44,954 nucleotides of DNA from an uncultured Lachnospiraceae bacterium (GTDB lineage Bacteria; Bacillota; Clostridia; Lachnospirales; Lachnospiraceae), in contig CAMAHO010000001.1 of NCBI GenBank assembly GCA_945834545.1, positions 1 through 44,954 of the forward strand, read 5' to 3'. A model generated the notes under the pieces. That model was not told where the DNA came from. It saw only the letters and a list, made by a program, of their open reading frames with translations, and did no database searches. The stretch's first letter is position 1. Each line of letters opens with the position of its first letter. The position numbers and the translations under genes are program-made. Shown here piece after piece: positions 9,303-18,000 of this stretch.

Positions 9303-11381
9303 ATGATTAAGTTAGGTATGATGATAGGCGACCGATACGAAATCTTGGAAAAGATAGGTACCGGTGGTATGTCAGATGTATATAAAGCAAAATGTCACAA
9401 GTTAAACCGTTATGTAGCTGTCAAAGTGTTGAAACAGGAGTTCTCAGAAAATGCCAATTTTGTTTCCAAGTTTAAAAGTGAGGCTCAGGCAGCAGCCGGT
9501 TTGATGCATCCCAATATTGTGAATGTCTATGATGTAGGAGAAGAAAATGGTATTTACTACATCGTCATGGAATTGGTAGAAGGCATTACCCTGAAAAATT
9601 ACATTGAAAAAAAGGCAAGACTGAACTACAAGGAGGCAGTCAGCATTGCAATACAGGTGAGTCTGGGTATTCAGGCGGCTCACAACAATCATATCATCCA
9701 TAGAGATATCAAACCACAAAATATTATTATTTCCCATGAGGGTAAGGTCAAGGTAGCAGACTTTGGCATTGCAAAGGCAGCCACCAGCAATACCATTACC
9801 TCAAATGTTATGGGATCCGTGCATTATGCTTCTCCGGAGCAGGCCAGAGGTGGATACAGTGATGAGAAAAGTGATATCTATTCCCTGGGCATCACCTTGT
9901 TTGAGATGCTCACCGGCAGAGTTCCCTTCAATGGGGATACTACCGTAGCCATAGCCATCAAGCAGATTCAGGAGCCAATGCCCTCTCCAAGAGAGTTTGT
10001 ACCGGAGATTCCGCAGTGTGTGGAGGATATCGTTTTAAAATGCTGTCAGAAATCCCCGGACAGAAGATATCGGTCAGTAGGTGAATTGTTGGCTGATTTA
10101 AAGCATTCTCTGGTGCATCCTGAGGATGATTTTGTAGTATGTGAGGATCCGGATGCAGAGGGCGCTACCAGAAATATCACAAAGGAAGATATGGAGCAGC
10201 TGAATAAAATCAGGCTAAAGGATGAGGTTCTGCCTTCAGAAGAGGGGGGAGAGTATGATGAGGGCTATGAAGAGGAAAGAGGCTCTAAGATGGAGAAGAT
10301 TTCTACAATATTAGCAGTTACTGCCGGAATAGGAATCTTCATTATTCTCTTTATATTAGCTATAGGACTGATAAAAAATCTTTCTGATAAAGCGCAGACA
10401 GAGCCGGATTCACCGATTCAGGTTGAGGATATTGATACGGTTGAATATGTGACTATGCCAAGTGTTACAGGGTTAAAGGAAGTAGATGCCAGAAATGCAC
10501 TGAGCAATCTTGGCTTGACCAGTACGGTAGAGTATCAGGAATCAGATACCTATGACCTGAATGTGGTCATCAGTGCAAATATATTGACAGGGGAAGAGAT
10601 AGCAAAGGGCTCCACAGTTACCCTGACGGTAAGTGCGGGCACTCTGGGGGTCGAGGTCCCGGTGCTTGGAGGATATACCAGAGATGAGGCAGAAAGTAAG
10701 CTGACTTCTCTTGGTTTTTTGGTCAATGTCACGGAAGATTATTCGGATACAGTCGAGGTGGGACGCGTGGTCAGCCAGAATCCGGTAGGAGGGGTGAAGG
10801 TACCCAAGGGGAATGTGATCACCATCTGTATCAGCAAAGGAAAAGAGGAGTTAAAAACCAGGGTGCCGTCTTTGCTAGGGCTTAGCGAGGAAGAGGCAAC
10901 CATAGTGATTTATGAGAATCAGCTGACCATCGGAACCGTTGGTAAAATTTATACCACCGAGTATCCGGAGGGAACAGTCTGCTATCAGAGCGAGCCTCAG
11001 GGCTCCTATGTGAATCCCAAGACTGCGATTGACATCAAGATTAGTCTGGGCGCCGTTGCAACCACCTATTATTTTGATGACCCCATCTTGGCACCTACCA
11101 CAGAAGAAGCACCGGATTATGTGCCGGGGACAATGGTTCATGTGATGCTCAAGACGGAGGGTGGACAGATTCTCTATGACAGGGATACCTCAGATTTCCC
11201 TCTGACAACCAGCTTTCAGGGGTTGTCCAGCAGCAGAGGAACCATTATCATGACCTATACGGTTCTTGGAGAAGCAACTACAGTAACGAATCCTGAGACC
11301 GGGGAGGTTACTACGGTGCCTGGAGAAAAACAGGAAAAAACGATTGTAAGAGAAGTGGATTTTAAGAAAAACCAGGGCTAA
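9303..11381 (+). CDS. prkC: PASTA-domain Ser/Thr protein kinase
   Basis: IGTGGMS, VAVK, HRDIKPQN, DFG, YASPEQ; one TM segment; about three PASTA repeats. Confidence 0.95.
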   Translation: MIKLGMMIGDRYEILEKIGTGGMSDVYKAKCHKLNRYVAVKVLKQEFSENANFVSKFKSEAQAAAGLMHPNIVNVYDVGEENGIYYIVMELVEGITLKNYIEKKARLNYKEAVSIAIQVSLGIQAAHNNHIIHRDIKPQNIIISHEGKVKVADFGIAKAATSNTITSNVMGSVHYASPEQARGGYSDEKSDIYSLGITLFEMLTGRVPFNGDTTVAIAIKQIQEPMPSPREFVPEIPQCVEDIVLKCCQKSPDRRYRSVGELLADLKHSLVHPEDDFVVCEDPDAEGATRNITKEDMEQLNKIRLKDEVLPSEEGGEYDEGYEEERGSKMEKISTILAVTAGIGIFIILFILAIGLIKNLSDKAQTEPDSPIQVEDIDTVEYVTMPSVTGLKEVDARNALSNLGLTSTVEYQESDTYDLNVVISANILTGEEIAKGSTVTLTVSAGTLGVEVPVLGGYTRDEAESKLTSLGFLVNVTEDYSDTVEVGRVVSQNPVGGVKVPKGNVITICISKGKEELKTRVPSLLGLSEEEATIVIYENQLTIGTVGKIYTTEYPEGTVCYQSEPQGSYVNPKTAIDIKISLGAVATTYYFDDPILAPTTEEAPDYVPGTMVHVMLKTEGGQILYDRDTSDFPLTTSFQGLSSSRGTIIMTYTVLGEATTVTNPETGEVTTVPGEKQEKTIVREVDFKKNQG

Positions 11382-11384
11382 TAT

Positions 11385-12263
11385 ATGCAAGGAAAGATTA
11401 TGAAGGGGATTGGTGGCTTCTACTATGTGTCTCAAGGAGAAGTCATCTACGAGTGTAAGGCAAAAGGAATATTCAGAAAGGACGGAAGGAAGCCTCTGGT
11501 AGGGGATGACGTCTTGATGGAAGTGTTGTCCCAGGAGCAAAGGCTGGGGTCTATTACCGAGCTTTTGCCCAGAAGGTCCGAGCTGATTCGACCGGCCGTT
11601 GCAAATGTGGATCAGGCTTTGGTGATTTTTTCCCTGGTAAAACCTGCACCCAATTTTAATCTGTTGGACCGCTTTTTGATTATGATGGAAACCCAGAAGC
11701 TACCCTGTATTATTTGCTTTAACAAAGCAGATTTAGATGAGGAAGGCAGCGCTGAGAGCATTCAACAAAGATATGAGAGTTGTGGCTATCAGACCCTCAT
11801 TGTCAGTACCCTAAACGGAGAGGGAATTGACCAGCTAAAAGGGCTGCTCAGAAACAAGACCACGACGGTCGCAGGACCCAGCGGTGTGGGAAAATCCAGC
11901 CTGGTCAATGCACTGTCGGAGTATCAGGTTATGGAAACGGGAGAAATCAGCTTAAAGATTGACCGTGGAAAACACACTACCAGGCATACGCAGCTCTTTA
12001 TGCTGGAAAAGGACACGTTTATCCTGGATACTCCCGGGTTTAGCTCACTGGACTTATTTGAGGTAACAACAGATACCCTGGGAAAGTATTACAAGGAATT
12101 TACAGAACCGGAGAAATGCTGTCGATTTGCCAGCTGCTCGCATATTTCCGAACCGGACTGCGGGGTAAAGCAGGCTTGTATGGAGGGCAGAATCTCCAGA
12201 GAACGATATGAGACATATTGTCAGCTGTATGAGGAACTGAAAAACAAAAGACGATACACATAG
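11385..12263 (+). CDS. rsgA: Ribosome small subunit-dependent GTPase A
   Basis: Circularly permuted GTPase motifs NKAD, GPSGVGKSS, RGKHTT, DTPG; C-terminal Zn site CRFASCSHISEPDC. Confidence 0.96.
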   Translation: MQGKIMKGIGGFYYVSQGEVIYECKAKGIFRKDGRKPLVGDDVLMEVLSQEQRLGSITELLPRRSELIRPAVANVDQALVIFSLVKPAPNFNLLDRFLIMMETQKLPCIICFNKADLDEEGSAESIQQRYESCGYQTLIVSTLNGEGIDQLKGLLRNKTTTVAGPSGVGKSSLVNALSEYQVMETGEISLKIDRGKHTTRHTQLFMLEKDTFILDTPGFSSLDLFEVTTDTLGKYYKEFTEPEKCCRFASCSHISEPDCGVKQACMEGRISRERYETYCQLYEELKNKRRYT

Positions 12264-12280
12264 GCAAAAGGGGAAACGAT

Positions 12281-13699
12281 ATGGAAGAAATAAAAGTCGA
12301 TTTTGAGGAGATACCCGATGGGACAACATCCCAGGCTTTCACAGCAGAAAGCGGAACAAATCCTATGAACGGTCAGGCTGGTCAAGGAGGCCAGGGGGGC
12401 CAAGGCGGTCAAGGTGGACAGCAGGGGAATTCAGGGAGTAATGGAGAGGATATACAAAGAATCATCTCTGAGTTTATTGAAACAGGGGATTTCTCTCAAA
12501 TAAATAAATATATCGGAGAAGCAGTGAATTCCGTTATCAATACCACCGGTGTGTCAGAAGGCCTAAGCTGGGTGGGAAATCAACTGAAATATCATGAGAA
12601 TGAAATCAAGAGACAGATGGAGTTCAATCTGCAGCGAAAGGTAGAACGACAGGCCAGAGAGGCAGAACGAAGGGCAGCCAGAGCAAACAGGAATCGTATC
12701 GTCTCAGAAAAATTTGATTTATGGGAAAGATACAGAGCAAAAAAGGTAGGCTCTATTTCCGGCACTCTGCAACAGATATTTGGCAGTATTTGGAGCTCCC
12801 TTTTTGGAATAGCAGCCTTCGTTATGTGGGTGCTGTGCTTTTCCATGGGTTTTTTAGTTCCTATGCCTACGCTGGCGATAGTGTTTACATTAGTAGCTGC
12901 TGCATTTGGACTGTTGACCAGGAGTGGCAATAAAAAGAAAAAGAGATTAAAACGAGCAGAACGCTATATGGGTGTTTGTGGCGACAAAATGTACGCGGAG
13001 ATTGATGAGCTTGCCAGGGCAGTGGGAAAATCCAAGAAGTTTGTTCTAAAGGATTTAAAAAGCATGATGAATGACGGTATCTTTCCGGAGGCTCATTTGG
13101 ACAGATGGGAAAGCTGCTTTATGTTGAATGAAGAGGTCTATGAGCAGTACCTGAAAACCAAGGATTCCGTAGAAAGACAGGATACAAAGCAGCCTCAGGC
13201 AGCACATGAGACCGAAAGGGAGAACAGGTCACAGACAGGTACAAGTGAACTGGACAACATGATTGCAGAGGGAACAGCGTTTATCACAAAGCTGCATCAG
13301 CTGAATGACCAGATAGCGGATGAGACTATTTCTGCCCAATTAAGCCGGATGGAGAAACTGCTGGGAGACTTGTTTGCCGGGGTGAAGGAGCATCCTGAAG
13401 AGCAGGATAAGCTTCATAAGGTTATGAACTATTATCTGCCCACTACACTTAAGCTGGTTGAGGCCTACAGAGATTTTGACAAAGTGAGTGCACAGGGCCA
13501 AAATATAAATGAAGCAAAGGGCGAGATAGAAAAAACCCTGGAGATTATGAATGATTCCTTTGAGGAGCTTTTAAATAAGATGTTTCAAAATACAGCCTTT
13601 GATGTGACAACGGACGCTCAGGTTTTACAGTCTATGCTAGCACGTGAGGGCTTGGCAAAGGAGTCAAATTTTGCTACAATGAATGGTGAAGGCAAATAG
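12281..13699 (+). CDS. XpaC-like (5-bromo-4-chloroindolyl phosphate hydrolysis family) membrane protein
   Basis: Two TM helices, then a C-terminal helical domain with NYYLPTTLKLVEAY typical of the XpaC family; upstream of a TelA-family gene. Confidence 0.8.
   Translation: MEEIKVDFEEIPDGTTSQAFTAESGTNPMNGQAGQGGQGGQGGQGGQQGNSGSNGEDIQRIISEFIETGDFSQINKYIGEAVNSVINTTGVSEGLSWVGNQLKYHENEIKRQMEFNLQRKVERQAREAERRAARANRNRIVSEKFDLWERYRAKKVGSISGTLQQIFGSIWSSLFGIAAFVMWVLCFSMGFLVPMPTLAIVFTLVAAAFGLLTRSGNKKKKRLKRAERYMGVCGDKMYAEIDELARAVGKSKKFVLKDLKSMMNDGIFPEAHLDRWESCFMLNEEVYEQYLKTKDSVERQDTKQPQAAHETERENRSQTGTSELDNMIAEGTAFITKLHQLNDQIADETISAQLSRMEKLLGDLFAGVKEHPEEQDKLHKVMNYYLPTTLKLVEAYRDFDKVSAQGQNINEAKGEIEKTLEIMNDSFEELLNKMFQNTAFDVTTDAQVLQSMLAREGLAKESNFATMNGEGK
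12371..12427 (+). repeat. Coding Gly-Gln-Gly tandem repeat
   Basis: Encodes GQAGQGGQGGQGGQGGQQG with 9-nt periodicity and varied synonymous codons. Confidence 0.85.
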
Positions 13700-13730
13700 C
13701 AGACAAAGGCTATTATAAGGAGGGTATATA

Positions 13731-14912
13731 ATGAGCGCAGATATGGAAGAATTATTAAAGGAAGCACCCGCTTCCCCAAGCTTGACACTGAATCCTTTTG
13801 GAACAGAGGAAGCAGACAAACCCGCTCCAAAGACAGAGGAGCCGGCAAAGGAAGAAGCACAGGAGAAAGCTCCTCAGATAGAGCTTACTCCGGAAGAACA
13901 GAAGATGGTGGATGATTTCGCAGGGCAGATTGACCTTCAGGACACCCAGACCATACTTCAGTATGGTGCCGGAAGTCAAAAAAAGATTGCCGATTTCTCA
14001 GAAGGAGCACTTAGCAATGTGCGCACCAAGGACATGGGCGAAATCGGACAGATGTTAAGTGATGTGGTAACAGAGCTTAAGAATTTTAACGAGGATGAAG
14101 AGACAAAAGGATTTTTAGGGATGTTCAAGAAAGGAAGGAACAAGCTGGAATCCTTAAAGATTAAGTATGACAAGGCAGAAGGAAATGTCAATCGTATTGT
14201 GGAGGCCATGGAAGCTCATCAGGTGACATTGCTTAAGGATGTTGCCATGCTGGACAAGATGTATGAGTTAAACCAGAATTACTGCAAAGAGTTAACCATG
14301 TACATACTTGCCGGAAAGAAGCGAATTGAAAAGGCTAAGGCAGAGGAGTTGCCGGCTTTGATTAAGAAGGCAGAGGAAAGCGGTCTTCAGGAGGATATCC
14401 AGGCAGCTAAGGATTTTGGAGAGCAGATTAATCGCTTTGAGAAAAAAATTTATGATTTGGAGCTTACCAGAACAGTGTCCTTGCAGATGGCACCTCAGAT
14501 TCGTCTGATTCAGACAAATGATACTGCCATGAGCGAGAAGATTCAGTCCACTCTGGTAAACACCATTCCTCTTTGGAAGAGTCAGATGGTGATTGCAATT
14601 GGACTTCAGCATTCCACAGAGGCAGCAGCTGCCCAGAGGGAAGTGACTGACATGACCAATTCCCTTCTCAAGAAGAATGCAGAGACTCTAAAGACTGCTA
14701 CTATTGAGACGGCCAAGGAATCTGAGAGAGGTATCATCGATATTGAGACTCTGACTGCCACCAACCAAACCTTGATTTCCACCTTGGATGAGGTGATGAA
14801 GATTCAGGAGGAGGGTCGAGCAAAGAGAACCTCTGCAGAGGCTGAGTTAAGTCGTATTGAGACAGAAATGCATGAAAAGATTATGGCGATGACCAAAAAT
14901 CAGACCAACTAA
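13731..14912 (+). CDS. Toxic anion resistance protein (TelA/YaaN family)
   Basis: ILQYGAGSQ, QMAPQIRLIQ, NTIPLWK, ERGIIDIETL; coiled-coil character. Confidence 0.92.
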   Translation: MSADMEELLKEAPASPSLTLNPFGTEEADKPAPKTEEPAKEEAQEKAPQIELTPEEQKMVDDFAGQIDLQDTQTILQYGAGSQKKIADFSEGALSNVRTKDMGEIGQMLSDVVTELKNFNEDEETKGFLGMFKKGRNKLESLKIKYDKAEGNVNRIVEAMEAHQVTLLKDVAMLDKMYELNQNYCKELTMYILAGKKRIEKAKAEELPALIKKAEESGLQEDIQAAKDFGEQINRFEKKIYDLELTRTVSLQMAPQIRLIQTNDTAMSEKIQSTLVNTIPLWKSQMVIAIGLQHSTEAAAAQREVTDMTNSLLKKNAETLKTATIETAKESERGIIDIETLTATNQTLISTLDEVMKIQEEGRAKRTSAEAELSRIETEMHEKIMAMTKNQTN

Positions 14913-14920
14913 TCATAGGG

Positions 14921-14963
14921 AAAGCCCTGGGTTGTCAGAAGGTAAACCCGGGGTTTTTTCTTT
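14921..14963 (+). terminator. Rho-independent terminator
   Basis: AAAGCCCTGGGTT...AACCCGGGGTTTT stem plus a T-rich tail. Confidence 0.7.
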
Positions 14964-15039
14964 GGCATGTAAATGCAAAACCGTTTTTGTGCAACTTCCG
15001 GTGAAAATGGAAGAGTTTCACAGGTAAAAGAGGTTAGAA

Positions 15040-18000
15040 ATGATAATAGACAAAATCAGAGGAAGCAAATTATATCAGGAAAAACTGGTGCATACTCCCC
15101 TTGTGGCCTTTTTAAAACGAGGTAAAAAGGCTCTCTGGAATCTCAAAAACCAGGTAAAAACGCTGCTTGGATTGCAGGAGAGATTTGAGAGTCTGTTGCC
15201 TATATTGGAGAATTACATAGATTTGTCCAAGAGGCAGCCGATACAAGGAGAAGTGAGTGAAAACGCAAAGAATGAGACCGTAGATGTGATTGTGCCTATT
15301 TATAACGGTTACGAGTATTTGGTCAGGTTGTTTGAGGATTTGCCTAAGGCAGGAATGGATTGCCACTTCCTTTTGGTGGATGATGCCAGTTCTGACGAGA
15401 GGGTGCGTAGTCTGGAGAAGGGGTTTGTACAACAGCACAAGAATGCAAGACTTTTGGTGAATGAGACAAATCAGGGCTTTGTGGGCAGTGTGAACAGAGG
15501 ATTAAAGGAAGCAAAAGGACATGTAGCCCTGGTAAACACGGATACGGAGCTGCCCCGGGATTGGCTGGCTCGTCTGATGGAACCGATTCTTTCAGATGAA
15601 AGGGTGGCATCCACAACACCCTACACCAACAGTGCAACCATCTTTAGTTTCCCTAATTTTTGCTACAATAATCCTATTTACAGAGGATTATCAGTGGATG
15701 CCATGGATGGATATTTTAAGCTTGTAAAGCCCAGGTATCTGGAGGCACCCACTGGGGTCGGTTTCTGCATGGGCATGAGTCAAAAAGCCATTGCTGAGAT
15801 TGGATTGTTTGACCAGGAGAGCTTTGACAGGGGCTATTGTGAGGAAAACGATTGGTGCCAGAGAGCAATCAAAGCAGGCTATAAGAATGTGGTAGTGGAG
15901 AATCTCTTTGTCTATCACAAACACGGCGGAAGCTTTCTCGGTGAAGAAAAGAGGAAACTGATTGATGACCATATGAGGATTCTGCGACGTAAGCATCCGG
16001 GGTATGAAGCACAGGTAAGTGAATTTATCCGAAAGGACGAAAACAAGAGCCTGCGTCAGATACTGGAGATGATGATAGATACCCACGAGACAAAGTCGGT
16101 CTTTTACTTCAATCATAGTCTTGGGGGTGGTGCCACCAGCTATATGGAGCAACAAATAGAAGGCCTGGTTAAACAAGGAGCCTGTGTTACCTCACTCTAT
16201 TTTAATCCCCAGATTCAACGGTATATGCTCACCTTTGAAAACCAACGAGGAAAGCTTAGGTTTGAGCTCTCTACAATGGATGAGCTGGTGAAGTTAGGGG
16301 AGTATTTCCACTATGATGAGTTTATTGTAAATGAACTGGTACTTTTCCCGTATCTGTTTGAGATGCAGGATACGATTGTAAAAATGCATGAGAAACAAAA
16401 GGGAAGTAAGCTGATTATGCTTTGCCATGATCTGTTTTCCATCTGTCCCAGCATCAATTTGGTATCCGAGTCCATGCAGTATTGCGGCATGCCCGGAAAG
16501 GAAGAATGCGACAGGTGTTTTTTGGAAAAACGCTTTGTGAAGGATTTTCATTGTCAGAACAGAGAAGCCTGGAATTTACATTGGAGTCATTTTTTACAGA
16601 AGTGTACAGAGGTACGAACCTTCTCAGAGGATACCTTACATCGTATGAAGGCAGTTTATGGGGAGGGCTTAGCCTATACCCTGGTGCCCCATAAGGTACA
16701 GTATGTGTTCCCTATAGAGAAAGGAACGAAAACAACAAAAACCTTAAATATTGGCTTGTTAGGAATGCTTACAGTGCATAAGGGTGGCGTTCTGGTGGGG
16801 CAGATGCTGGATTATATTGAGAAGAATGCTCTCAACATTCGAATCATTCTCATTGGGCAGACCGAAAAGCTATCCTTAAGCCATCATGGCGCGTTTTCCA
16901 TGACAGGGGCCTACAAACCGGAGGAGCTTCCGGAGCTCATTTATGAGCAGGATATTGATGTGTTCTTTTTGGCATCGGTTTGGCCGGAGACCTTTTCCTA
17001 TACCGCAGAAGAAATTATGAAAATGGGGATGCCCATTGTGTCATTAGACATCGGTGCACCAGCAAGTCGAATTGCAGGTTATAACAGAGGTCTTGTCCTG
17101 AAAAATTCGGAAGGGCAGAATCCGGTAGGAATACCGGCCGCCACGATAGTAGAGCGCATACAAAACTTTGCCCAGGAACTGGGAGTTTTAAACCAAAGCG
17201 TGGAAGAGAGCCAAGTGATTTATATTGCGGAGGACTATTCCTTTACCACGCGGTATCGACTGCAGCATCTGCAGGAGGAGCTGTTGCATCAAGGGGTTAA
17301 GGGACAGCTGCACCTGGCAGCAAGGCTGCCGGGGAAGGTGGATTGGACCCGGGTGGCAGCAGTGGTGGTATATCGCTGTAAAAAGACCTCAAAGCTTGTT
17401 GCCTTTTTGGAGGAGGCAAAGAAGCATCAGGTGAGTGTCTTGTGTGACATGGATGATTATATTTTTGATTTTGATAAGATTAAAGACCTGCCCTTCTTAC
17501 AAGAACAGAGGGAAGAGTACAAGGACTTTGAAAGCTATTGTCAGGCGCTGCGTCAGACCATGGAGCTGGCAGACAGATTTCTGGTTTCCACCAATCACAT
17601 GAAGCTTGCCGTAGAACAGACCTTTCCGGGGAAAGCCGTTTTTGTCAACCGCAATGCAGCCAGCAGCAAAATGCTGGTATTGTCTGCAAAAGCAAAGCAA
17701 AAGAAAATTCCTATGGCAACAGACAAGAAGTTTGTCCTGGGATACTTCAGTGGTTCCCACACTCATAATCGGGATTTCCTGCTGATTGCTCCTGTTGTGG
17801 CAGAGTTTATGAGCAGACACCGGGAGGTGCATTTCCAGCTTGTGGGATGCCTGGAGCTGCCAAAGGAGTTTGAGGCATTTTCAGAACGAATCATCCGATA
17901 TGATTTTATGGATTGGCAACAACTTCCGGAGTGTATGGCGAAGGTGGACGTCAACCTGATGCCCTTGGAGGACAGCTTTTTCCATCGTTGTAAGTCTGAG

